This document shows positions 39,173 to 47,422 of a stretch of DNA of 64,000 nucleotides, in pieces (positions within the stretch are counted from its first letter, which is position 1; each line of letters begins with the position of its first letter). The position numbers and the translations under genes are program-made. Source of the stretch: Bacteroidia bacterium. Lineage in GTDB: Bacteria > Bacteroidota > Bacteroidia > J057. The DNA lies in NCBI GenBank assembly GCA_041391725.1, contig JAWKNL010000032.1, forward strand, positions 1,550 to 65,549. Reading direction: 5' to 3'. The notes under the pieces were generated by a model, which was not told the DNA's origin, searched no databases, and was given only the letters and a program-made list of their open reading frames with translations.

Positions 39173-39354
39173 TTAATTGTTAATGGTTAATGGATGTTGG
39201 CTTTTGGTTTTTGGCTGTTGGCTGTTGGCTGTTGGCTGTTGGCTTTTGGTTTTTGGCTGTTGGCTTTTGGTTTTTGGCTGTTGGTTTTTGGCTGTTGGCT
39301 GTTGGCTAATAGCTAACGGCCAAAAGCTAATAGCTAATAGCTAATAGCTAAAGG
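39173..39354. repeat. 26 contiguous heptanucleotide units in perfect 7-nt register
   Basis: TTAATTG, TTAATGG x2, ATGTTGG, then CTGTTGG/CTTTTGG/TTTTTGG x15, then CTAATAG/CTAACGG/CCAAAAG/CTAAAGG x7. The last two units supply the final codons and stop of uxuA. Confidence 0.95.
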
Positions 39355-40543
39355 CTCGTTTGATTCCCAGTTCGAGGCCGCGAAGTTCGGCGAGGCCGCG
39401 GAGTCTTCCGATGGCTGAGTAGCCGGGGTTTGTCTTTTTGTGGAGGTCGTCGAGCATAAGATGGCCGTGATCAGGGCGCATGGGTATGAGCGAGTCTTTT
39501 CGTCCACTATTTTTTCTTTTGGTTTCTTCTTCTACGAGCGCCTTTATCACTTCGTACATATCCACGTCGCCGTCGAGGTGATCGGCTTCGAAAAAATTGC
39601 CTTCTGCATCGCGCCGGGTGCTTCTGAGGTGGATAAAGTGAATACGGTCGCCCAGCCTTTTTACCATGCCGGCAAGATCATTGTCGTCTCTCACGCCATA
39701 GGAGCCGGTACAGAAAGTAAGTCCGTTGGCGGGAGAATTAACTGCATCCAGCAAAAACCGCGCATCGCGTTCGGTACTTACAATCCGGGGCAGTCCCAGA
39801 ATGGAAAAAGGCGGGTCGTCGGGGTGAATGGCCATTCGCACGCCGGATTCTTCAGCGACGGGGACAATTTCACCGAGGAAATAGGCGAGATTTTCACGAA
39901 GCCTGTCCTCGTTTACATCGTGATAGGCATTCAGTACCGTTTGCAACTGATCAAGGGTATAACCTTCATCTGAGCCGGGAAGCCCGGCAATAATATTTTG
40001 CTGAAGCTGCACTTTGTCGGCTTCGGTCAGTTGGTCAAATTTATCTTTTGCCTTCCGCCGTTCTTCTTCTGTGTATAGATCCTCCGCTCCCGGTCTTTTC
40101 AACATATACAGCTCAAAAGCGGCAAAGGCCATACGGTCAAACCGAAGCGCTTTTGATCCGTCGGGTACTTCGTAGAGGAGGTCGGTGCGGGTCCAGTCGA
40201 GGACAGGCATAAAGTTGTAACAGACAATATGCACGCCGCAGGCAGCGAGGTTGCGGATGCTTTGTTTGTAGTTTTCGATCATCCGTTTCCGTTCGGGGCT
40301 GCCCGTTTTGATCGGGTCAGGTACGGGGATACTTTCCACCACTTCCCAGGAAAGGTTGCGGGGTTTATTTTTTACCTCATCCCATTCGATCATGCGTTTG
40401 CGAAGATTGATTTCTTCGACAGACCATACTTCCCCGTTGGGGATATGGTGGAGGGCAGTTACAATACCGGTTGCACCGGCCTGCATGACATCGGATAGGC
40501 TCACAGGGTCTTTGGGGCCATACCATCGCCAGGATTGAAGCAT
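39341..40543 (-). CDS. uxuA: mannonate dehydratase
   Basis: [40 protein letters not shown]..., canonical UxuA N-terminus and length. Confidence 0.9.
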   Translation of the reverse strand: MLQSWRWYGPKDPVSLSDVMQAGATGIVTALHHIPNGEVWSVEEINLRKRMIEWDEVKNKPRNLSWEVVESIPVPDPIKTGSPERKRMIENYKQSIRNLAACGVHIVCYNFMPVLDWTRTDLLYEVPDGSKALRFDRMAFAAFELYMLKRPGAEDLYTEEERRKAKDKFDQLTEADKVQLQQNIIAGLPGSDEGYTLDQLQTVLNAYHDVNEDRLRENLAYFLGEIVPVAEESGVRMAIHPDDPPFSILGLPRIVSTERDARFLLDAVNSPANGLTFCTGSYGVRDDNDLAGMVKRLGDRIHFIHLRSTRRDAEGNFFEADHLDGDVDMYEVIKALVEEETKRKNSGRKDSLIPMRPDHGHLMLDDLHKKTNPGYSAIGRLRGLAELRGLELGIKRAFSY

Positions 40544-40584
40544 AATTGAAACGAATTAAAAAATGAATAAAGTAAAAATAATCG

Positions 40585-41400
40585 TTATACACCAGTCCAC
40601 GCGCTGAATCCGCCGTCGATAGGCACGACAATTCCCGTCACAAACCGGGATGCGTCGCTGCAGAGCCACTGTATGGTGCCATTGAGTTCTTCGGCTTCGC
40701 CAAATCTGCCCATGGGTGTATGCGAAATAATGGTTTTACCGCGATCGGTCAGGCTTCCGTCTTCATTGAGCAGGAGGGCGCGGTTTTGGTCGCCGATAAA
40801 AAAGCCCGGAGCGATGGCGTTTACCCGCATACCTTCGCCAAACTTTAAGGCCATTTCTACGGCCATCCATCGGGTAAAATTATCAATTGCGGCTTTTGAA
40901 GCCGAATAACCCACTACGCGGCTGATGGCACGCTGGGCGGTCATGGAGGAGATATTGATGATTACCCCTTTTTTCTGGGCAGCCATTTGCTCTCCAAAGA
41001 CCAGGGAAGGCAGAACAGAGCCATTGAGGTTGAGATCGGAGACTTTTTTAAATGCCTCGATGGAGAGGTCGAATATCGTCTGATCGGGGCTGATGGTTGC
41101 GCCAGGCATATTTCCTCCGGCTGCATTAATCAGCACATCTGTTTTTCCCCATCTGGCAAGAATCGAATCCCGGGCCTGGGTCAGGCTGGATTTATCCAGC
41201 ACATTGGTTTCAATCGCCACGGCTTCTCCACCGCTTTGCGTGATCAGGTCAACCACCGGTTGAGCCAGGGCCGGGCGGAGGTCGAGAATGGCAATTTTTG
41301 CCCCGGCAGAAGCCAGGTTTTTTGCCATGGAGCCACCCAAAGCACCCGAACCTCCGGTAATGGCGACAACTTTCCCGGAAACATCAAATGGGTTTTGCAT
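40585..41400 (-). CDS. SDR-family oxidoreductase, probable D-mannonate/fructuronate reductase
   Basis: TGGSGALG Rossmann motif, NAAG, YSASKAA catalytic tetrad. Adjacent to uxuA. Confidence 0.7.
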   Translation of the reverse strand: MQNPFDVSGKVVAITGGSGALGGSMAKNLASAGAKIAILDLRPALAQPVVDLITQSGGEAVAIETNVLDKSSLTQARDSILARWGKTDVLINAAGGNMPGATISPDQTIFDLSIEAFKKVSDLNLNGSVLPSLVFGEQMAAQKKGVIINISSMTAQRAISRVVGYSASKAAIDNFTRWMAVEMALKFGEGMRVNAIAPGFFIGDQNRALLLNEDGSLTDRGKTIISHTPMGRFGEAEELNGTIQWLCSDASRFVTGIVVPIDGGFSAWTGV

Positions 41401-41712
41401 ACAACGTATTTCTTTGAAAAAATCTCAAAGCGATTTAATAAAAGAAAAATTACTGACAAAGGGTTTATTTTCAGCAGGTTAAGTTTCTTGTTTTGGGAAC
41501 GGTTGCAGAAGGGAAGTCGGCAAAAATTTTGGGGAAATATATTCGCTTTGCCGGGTCTGGCTGTGCAGATGACTATTCTATTCCCGGCTGATTCGCAAAC
41601 CAGATAAATAGAGTATTTTAAAAAACAACCCAAAACGGAACACGCGATATAGCCTACCCCTAAACCCATTCCCAAATTCCAGGCGAAAATTGTTTCCCAC
41701 TCCCCTGAAATT

Positions 41713-41720
41713 TACTTTTG
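41713..41720 (+). promoter_or_regulatory. -7 box TACTTTTG upstream of SDR gene
   Basis: Matches TAnnTTTG, 20 nt before the ATG at 41740. Confidence 0.35.
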
Positions 41721-41739
41721 CCTGTCCTTAATTTTCCGA

Positions 41740-42474
41740 ATGAAACAAAACATCCTCATCCTCGGTGCAACCTCCGACATTGCCCGCGCGATTGCCCACC
41801 GTTATGCGCGCGAAGGTGCTGTTATCTTCCTCGCAGCTCGCGACGCCCAAAAAGTGGAGGCTGATGCCGCCGATATTCGCATTCGCTACCAGGTGGCTGT
41901 AACTACCCTGCCATTTGATGCCGAAGATTTTGACAGCCACGCAGATTTTTGTACCCGGCTGCCTGCCATTCCCGATGTGGTTTTTTGTGTATTTGGCTAC
42001 CTCGGCGATCAAAAGACGGCAGAAAAAGACGCTGTTATGGCACTCAGGATCGCAAATGTCAACTATACCGGCGCGGTTTCGGTGCTTTCTCTCATTGCGA
42101 ATATGCTGGAAGAAAAGGGCAGTGGAACCATCGTCGGAATCAGTTCGGTAGCGGGGGAAAGAGGCCGGGCCAGTAACTATTTTTACGGCAGCGCCAAGGC
42201 CGGATTTACGGCCTTTCTTTCTGGACTGAGAAACCGTCTGTCCCATAAGGGGATTCACGTACTGACCGTAAAACCCGGGTATGTAAATACTGCCATGACT
42301 GCCGGAATGCAGTTGCCCGGCCCGCTCACTTCTCAGCCCGACGCCGTAGCACAGGCGGTTTATACCGCCGTAAAAAAGAAAAAGAATGTGATATATGTAA
42401 GCGGCGTGTGGCGAATCATTATGCTGATCATCAGGAATATCCCTGAATTCATTTTTAAGAAGCTGAAGCTTTAA
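41740..42474 (+). CDS. SDR-family oxidoreductase
   Basis: ILGATSDIARA, YGSAKAG, membrane-anchoring C-terminal helix. Confidence 0.75.
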   Translation: MKQNILILGATSDIARAIAHRYAREGAVIFLAARDAQKVEADAADIRIRYQVAVTTLPFDAEDFDSHADFCTRLPAIPDVVFCVFGYLGDQKTAEKDAVMALRIANVNYTGAVSVLSLIANMLEEKGSGTIVGISSVAGERGRASNYFYGSAKAGFTAFLSGLRNRLSHKGIHVLTVKPGYVNTAMTAGMQLPGPLTSQPDAVAQAVYTAVKKKKNVIYVSGVWRIIMLIIRNIPEFIFKKLKL

Positions 42475-42536
42475 TGAAGGGGATTGGACGAAAGCCGGTT
42501 GCGATTTCCGGATTTTCGGGATAACTCATTTTTTGT

Positions 42537-42567
42537 AAATAGTTTCTTTGGTAGAAAGAAACTATTT
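42537..42567 (+). terminator. 13-bp perfect-stem hairpin, 5-nt loop (terminator or operator)
   Basis: aaatagtttcttt ggtag aaagaaactattt followed by GCTATTTTTA. Lies 63 nt after the SDR stop and 30 nt before the next ATG. Confidence 0.4.
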
Positions 42568-42596
42568 GCTATTTTTATCCCTACGGAAAAGAAAGT

Positions 42597-43874
42597 ATGG
42601 ATAAAAAAATAGCCTTTCAGGAATTAATCGCCGACTTTATGCGCAGGCCTGACCGAAAGGTGAAAGCCCGCGAGCTTGCCATTCCTCATGACATACCCAA
42701 AATTATCTCCCTCCTCGGGCCCAGGCGCGCAGGCAAAACCTATATTCTGTTTTCCCTGATTGAGAAACTAAAAAAAACGATTCCTACGGACAGGCTTGTG
42801 TATATCAATTTTGAAGATGACCGGCTTTTTCCTTTAAAGCTGGAAGACATGGACCGTTTGATCAAAGGTTATTATGAAATGTTTCCCGACAATAAAGATC
42901 ATACCGTCTATTTCTTTTTCGACGAGATTCAGGAAGTAGATCAGTGGGAAAAGTTTATCAGGCGAATTCACGATCAGGAAAACTGCCAGATATTTATTAC
43001 CGGATCATCTTCCCGACTGCTGAGCCTGGAACTGGCGACAAGCCTGCGCGGCCGCACACTTTCGTTTGAGGTATTTCCATTGAGCTTTAGCGAATTCCTT
43101 TCATTCCGAGACGTTGACTACGATATTTTTAGCTCGAAAGGGCAGGCAGTTCTTTCCAGTGAATTAAATAAATACGTGCTGCAGGGGGGATTTCCGGAAC
43201 TGATCTTTCTACCGGAAGAATTGCATAAAGAAGTCATCAATGAGTATATCAACCTGATGCTTTATCGGGACCTTACAGAACGCTTTTCCCTCAAACATCC
43301 TCATCTGATCAAATACCTGCTCAAATTTCTGCTGACAAATATGAGCAGATCGGTAAGTGTCAACAAAATTTACCTTGATCTTAAGTCCCAGGGATATACT
43401 GTTGGAAAAAATACAGTGTATGACTACACCTCTTACCTGGAAGAAGCTTTTATTATTTTCAGAGTTGACCTTTTCAGTCATTCCATTCGCAGACAAACCA
43501 TCAATCCCAGTAAAGTTTATGGAATTGACCCCGCATTTAAATATGCCATGAGTTTTGCCGGGGATAAAGGCCAGATATTTGAAAATACAGTTTTTATGGA
43601 GCTTCGGCGCAGAAAAAAACTTCCCTTTTATCTGCTGGAAAAACAGGAAACCGATTTTTATACCGAAGAAGGCCTGCTGATAAATGCCTGTATGGATATT
43701 ACCCATCCGGAAACAAGGAAAAGAGAAATCAATAGTCTTTGGGAATCCATGAATAATAGGGGTTTGTCTGAAAGTCAGTTGATTACCAATGACAAAAAAG
43801 AAGAAATTGAAATAGCAGGAAAAAAGATCTGGGTGCGACCGCTGTGGGAATTTCTACTCGACACGGAATGGTAA
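42597..43874 (+). CDS. AAA ATPase of the AAA_14/DUF4143 type
   Basis: Walker A LLGPRRAGKTY, Walker B FFFDEIQEV, C-terminal DUF4143-like region (KVYGIDP..). Confidence 0.7.
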   Translation: MDKKIAFQELIADFMRRPDRKVKARELAIPHDIPKIISLLGPRRAGKTYILFSLIEKLKKTIPTDRLVYINFEDDRLFPLKLEDMDRLIKGYYEMFPDNKDHTVYFFFDEIQEVDQWEKFIRRIHDQENCQIFITGSSSRLLSLELATSLRGRTLSFEVFPLSFSEFLSFRDVDYDIFSSKGQAVLSSELNKYVLQGGFPELIFLPEELHKEVINEYINLMLYRDLTERFSLKHPHLIKYLLKFLLTNMSRSVSVNKIYLDLKSQGYTVGKNTVYDYTSYLEEAFIIFRVDLFSHSIRRQTINPSKVYGIDPAFKYAMSFAGDKGQIFENTVFMELRRRKKLPFYLLEKQETDFYTEEGLLINACMDITHPETRKREINSLWESMNNRGLSESQLITNDKKEEIEIAGKKIWVRPLWEFLLDTEW

Positions 43875-44062
43875 AACCCCATAGGCATAGCTAAAAAATT
43901 AAATTTTTAACAAAAAAAATTTCTACCTTCATTTGATACAGCGCACAAAAATCTCGTCCTGAACCCGTAGCCGGTTTACTTTCGTTCTTCCATTGATTGT
44001 TTCACCAACCCCACCTGCCTATGCCAGTGTTTGGACTACTCCGCGCAAAACGCGCTGCAGCA

Positions 44063-44641
44063 ATGGATAAAATGGACGATCTCCAACTGATTCGTCTCTA
44101 CCATTCCGGAAATCAGGAAGCCATCGCCATTATTTTCAAGCGATACTATGAAGAACTGTTTCACCTGGGCTTCTCCATTCTGATTGATAAAATCCACATA
44201 GATGAAATCATTTCCCAGGTGCTGGAGACCTATCTCCGCACTCCGAGAAAAGAGCGCAAACATAAATACAACATTACCTCTAACGTAAGAGGATTCCTCC
44301 GTCGTACGATCGTACGACGCTGCATAGACTTCAACCGCCTGAAGGCAAACCAGATTCGCCGCTCTCAGCTCGATACCCTGCCCTCAGGAGAAAAATCTAA
44401 TGCCCGAATATGGCAAGCGCAGGAAACCGAAAATGCCGAGCTTACCGGATTTGAGGTCGAACAACTGCTGGAGCGTATTCTCTCCCAGTTGGAGGGAAAA
44501 GAAAAGCAGGTTTTTGACCTCCACGTACAGGGTTATTCGCATCAGGAAATCTGCGAACTGCTCAATATCACTACGACACGCAATGTGAGCAGTACACTTT
44601 ACAATGCCCGGCAAAAAGCTAAATCCATTTTATCACTATGA
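44063..44641 (+). CDS. ECF-type sigma-70 family factor
   Basis: Region 2 (LIRLYHSGNQEAIAIIFKRYYEELF) and region 4 HTH (EKQVFDLHVQGYSHQEICELLNIT..). Start at the ATG at 44063. Confidence 0.75.
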   Translation: MDKMDDLQLIRLYHSGNQEAIAIIFKRYYEELFHLGFSILIDKIHIDEIISQVLETYLRTPRKERKHKYNITSNVRGFLRRTIVRRCIDFNRLKANQIRRSQLDTLPSGEKSNARIWQAQETENAELTGFEVEQLLERILSQLEGKEKQVFDLHVQGYSHQEICELLNITTTRNVSSTLYNARQKAKSILSL

Positions 44642-45450
44642 ACCACAATCACTCAGATTACTCACTACATTCGCAGATCGAAAGCGACACCCTTCTGGCC
44701 TATATATATGGCGATCTGCCAGAGGAACTGAACCGTGCCCTTACTGCTGAAATTGCGCAGAATATCGGCCTGCGGATGATGGTGAACGGGATGATTCAGG
44801 TAAAAGAAACCAAAGGATTTATTTCTCAGGAAGAACACCGCCAATGGCTTGAAAAACGCAGTGCCGCGGTGGACGCGGTTTTGTTTCACCATCAGCGCAC
44901 CCTTCGCAATCAGCGACTGCGGATGGTGCTCGCCTTTGCCTCCGTCATTTTGCTGATCGTATATCTGCTCAATCTCCCGCTGTTTTCCAGCCCTAAGCTC
45001 TATAAAAAATACCAGGCAAAACCGGAAATCACCCTGGCAAAAGCCGAAACCTGGCCGCTGCAAAATCCCGCCTTATTTACCTCCTATTACACAGACAATC
45101 AGTACCTCCGCGTGCTGGAAGAATGTAACCGCATGCTTTCCGTTGACTCGACGCTCCTGGATCTTCGCCTTTATACGGGGTTTTGTTACCTCGAACTCAA
45201 CGATCCGCAAAAAGCGATGGAGGAGTTTTCCCGTATCATGGTTGCCGCCAGCGACGATGATTTGTGCACGGAAGCTACCTGGCAATACGGACTGGCCTAT
45301 ATCAAAGCCCGCGACTTCGAGCACGCCATACAGATATTTGATACCCTGAAAGGAAGCGGGCGAATGGACAAAAAGGTGAAGAATATACGCTGGCGCGCAA
45401 GAATCCGTAATTTTGTCCTCCAAAATATTGTCCACAGGAACCGCGCATAA
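44638..45450 (+). CDS. membrane-anchored TPR protein, putative anti-sigma factor
   Basis: ATGA overlap with the sigma gene. Single TM (MVLAFASVILLIVYLLNLPLF). C-terminal TPR-like repeats. Confidence 0.45.
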   Translation: MNHNHSDYSLHSQIESDTLLAYIYGDLPEELNRALTAEIAQNIGLRMMVNGMIQVKETKGFISQEEHRQWLEKRSAAVDAVLFHHQRTLRNQRLRMVLAFASVILLIVYLLNLPLFSSPKLYKKYQAKPEITLAKAETWPLQNPALFTSYYTDNQYLRVLEECNRMLSVDSTLLDLRLYTGFCYLELNDPQKAMEEFSRIMVAASDDDLCTEATWQYGLAYIKARDFEHAIQIFDTLKGSGRMDKKVKNIRWRARIRNFVLQNIVHRNRA

Positions 45451-45477
45451 ACTCCGCAAAAAAACGTAAATTGCACT

Positions 45478-46680
45478 ATGTTTTCGCGTATCCGGAAATA
45501 TATTGAGCGGCAAAAAGTCATAGGAATGGTCGGCTCCTTCGATGAAGCCGGGCTTATTGCTGCCGTAGAGGAATCCAACCGGGAAGCACTTACCATTCTG
45601 CTCAAAAACCGTATCTCTCCCGACGCCCTTACCCATAGAGGCCTGCCCGCACTTTCGCTGGCCATCAGAAAAGGTGATCTGCCCGTGGTCAGGATTCTTG
45701 CAGAAGCAAAAGCCGATATCGATGCGCAGGATAAAGACGGTCGCACCCCCCTTATGCGTGCCATTGAAAGCGGCAACCGCCATATTTTCGCCTATCTGAT
45801 CGATCTGGAACCCGAGCTGGAAATCGAAGACAAAGACGGAGAAACCGTACTCTTTAAAGCGGTGCGGGACGGAAATACAACTTTTTGCCGCAAACTTATC
45901 GATATGGGCGCCAATGTGGAAGCCATCAGCCACAGCGGGCTTACGCCACTTATGTTAGCCGTAGATCAGGGCCGCACCGGCATTGTCAGGTCTTTGCTCC
46001 AGACAGGAGCCGATCCTATGGTCAGAGACGGAGAAGGGAAAACGGTAATGGAAAGATACCACGGCAATACCCGCGTTACCCAACTGCTCAAAGAAGCACT
46101 TTCCCGCAGGGGAATAAAAGAAAAACCGTCTTTGCCTACATTGCCCCTTCCGGGAATTTCACTTGCCGGTTTTTCCCCCTCAGAAATCATGCTCAGTCAG
46201 TTGCCCCAACTAGGTTCGATGCTCATCGGCCTTGCCGAAGGCATGCTGGAATCGCTCGGCGCTACATCCAATCTGTCGCAGGCCGAACAAAAAACGCGGG
46301 CCCTGATGGACCAGTTAAACCTCGATTTTCTTACGGAGGGAAATGCTGTAACTCCAGCAAATGAAAAAGCCGTGTTATGGCTGAAAGAACAGATTCGCCG
46401 CACGCTGCAACTGCTTATTGAAATCCGAACCGCAGGCAACCGGGTTTCAGCATTACTGGCCCGGAGAAATGCCGAATCACCCGGCGCAGTCGGTGCGGAA
46501 GTAAGCGGTTACCTCAACAAGGCCCTGCTGGAAGCGGCGGCTTCGGGACACCGCGAACTGGTAGCCCTTCTTATCGCCGCAGGCGCCGACCCTGCCTCCA
46601 CCGATGAAAACGGCAAAACAGCCCGCGACCTCGCACTGGCGGGCGAATTTTACGAAATAGTTCAATTACTGAAAGTATGA
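45478..46680 (+). CDS. ankyrin-repeat protein
   Basis: Five or more ANK repeats (G.T.LM.A...G......L...GA...) in the N-terminal half and one at the C-terminus. Confidence 0.8.
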   Translation: MFSRIRKYIERQKVIGMVGSFDEAGLIAAVEESNREALTILLKNRISPDALTHRGLPALSLAIRKGDLPVVRILAEAKADIDAQDKDGRTPLMRAIESGNRHIFAYLIDLEPELEIEDKDGETVLFKAVRDGNTTFCRKLIDMGANVEAISHSGLTPLMLAVDQGRTGIVRSLLQTGADPMVRDGEGKTVMERYHGNTRVTQLLKEALSRRGIKEKPSLPTLPLPGISLAGFSPSEIMLSQLPQLGSMLIGLAEGMLESLGATSNLSQAEQKTRALMDQLNLDFLTEGNAVTPANEKAVLWLKEQIRRTLQLLIEIRTAGNRVSALLARRNAESPGAVGAEVSGYLNKALLEAAASGHRELVALLIAAGADPASTDENGKTARDLALAGEFYEIVQLLKV

Positions 46681-47204
46681 AAATAAGGTTGTGGTTGCTG
46701 CTTCTGCTTATCCACACAGGAGTATTGTATGCTCAGGACAGCCTGATGGCAGACTTTCCCCGGCAGTGGGAGGGAGAGTGGGCGGGCGAACTGGAAATCT
46801 TCAGCGGAAAAGGCAAGGTACAGACATTACCCATGAAACTGCTGATCAGACCAGATGAAAAAAACGAGGTATGGAAATGGACCATCGTATATCAGACTGA
46901 CACACCGGACGTAAGAGAATACGAACTGATCGTTTCCGACCGGGAGAAAGGGCATTTTATCATCGACGAAAAAAACTCCATCCTGCTCGACGGGTGGTTG
47001 CTGGGCAATGTGCTCAGTTGCCGGTTTTCGGTAGGGAAAAGTCTTCTTCTGGTGAATTATGCTTTCGAAAGAGATTTTATCCGGTTTGATATATTTGCCG
47101 GAAATAAGAGCGAACCCCGCCTCACAGGAGCCGAAGTGGAAGACGTGGGAGAAATTTATAATTATCCGGTTACCACCATGCAACGGGCCGTGCTGAGACG
47201 CTGA
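46677..47204 (+). CDS. secreted hypothetical protein
   Basis: ATGA overlap with the ankyrin gene. Signal peptide MKIRLWLLLLLIHTGVLYAQ. Confidence 0.55.
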   Translation: MKIRLWLLLLLIHTGVLYAQDSLMADFPRQWEGEWAGELEIFSGKGKVQTLPMKLLIRPDEKNEVWKWTIVYQTDTPDVREYELIVSDREKGHFIIDEKNSILLDGWLLGNVLSCRFSVGKSLLLVNYAFERDFIRFDIFAGNKSEPRLTGAEVEDVGEIYNYPVTTMQRAVLRR

Positions 47205-47422
47205 GAGCCGAAATAAGCCCATGCAGCAGGGTAAGTATTAATGGTTTGTTAACTGATTATTAACAAGCCAGGTGTTTTGTGGTTTTGGAAGCCTCAAACG
47301 ACAACTTCATTTATAGTTTCTTAACATTCCGTTATTCTAATTAATCAATCCTTAATATTGCGGTCAACTTCAGGTTATTGCCTTCTGCGAGTTTTGCAGG
47401 CGAAACTCGAAATAACGGACAC

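Noticed and set aside
39173-39354. Possible CRISPR array
   Set aside because: The units are 7 nt long and directly abutting, with no spacers. There are no cas genes in the window. It is a microsatellite-type array.
45073-45933. 286-aa minus-strand ORF spanning the anti-sigma/ankyrin junction
   Set aside because: Antisense to two well-supported plus-strand genes, and no family is recognised. The same reasoning applies to 38382-39125, 40987-41607, 41728-42258, 28276-28875 and 2166-2543.
46708-46716. Isolated perfect TTATCCACA inside the 46677 CDS
   Set aside because: A single 9-mer inside a coding region (it encodes LIHT) is consistent with chance.
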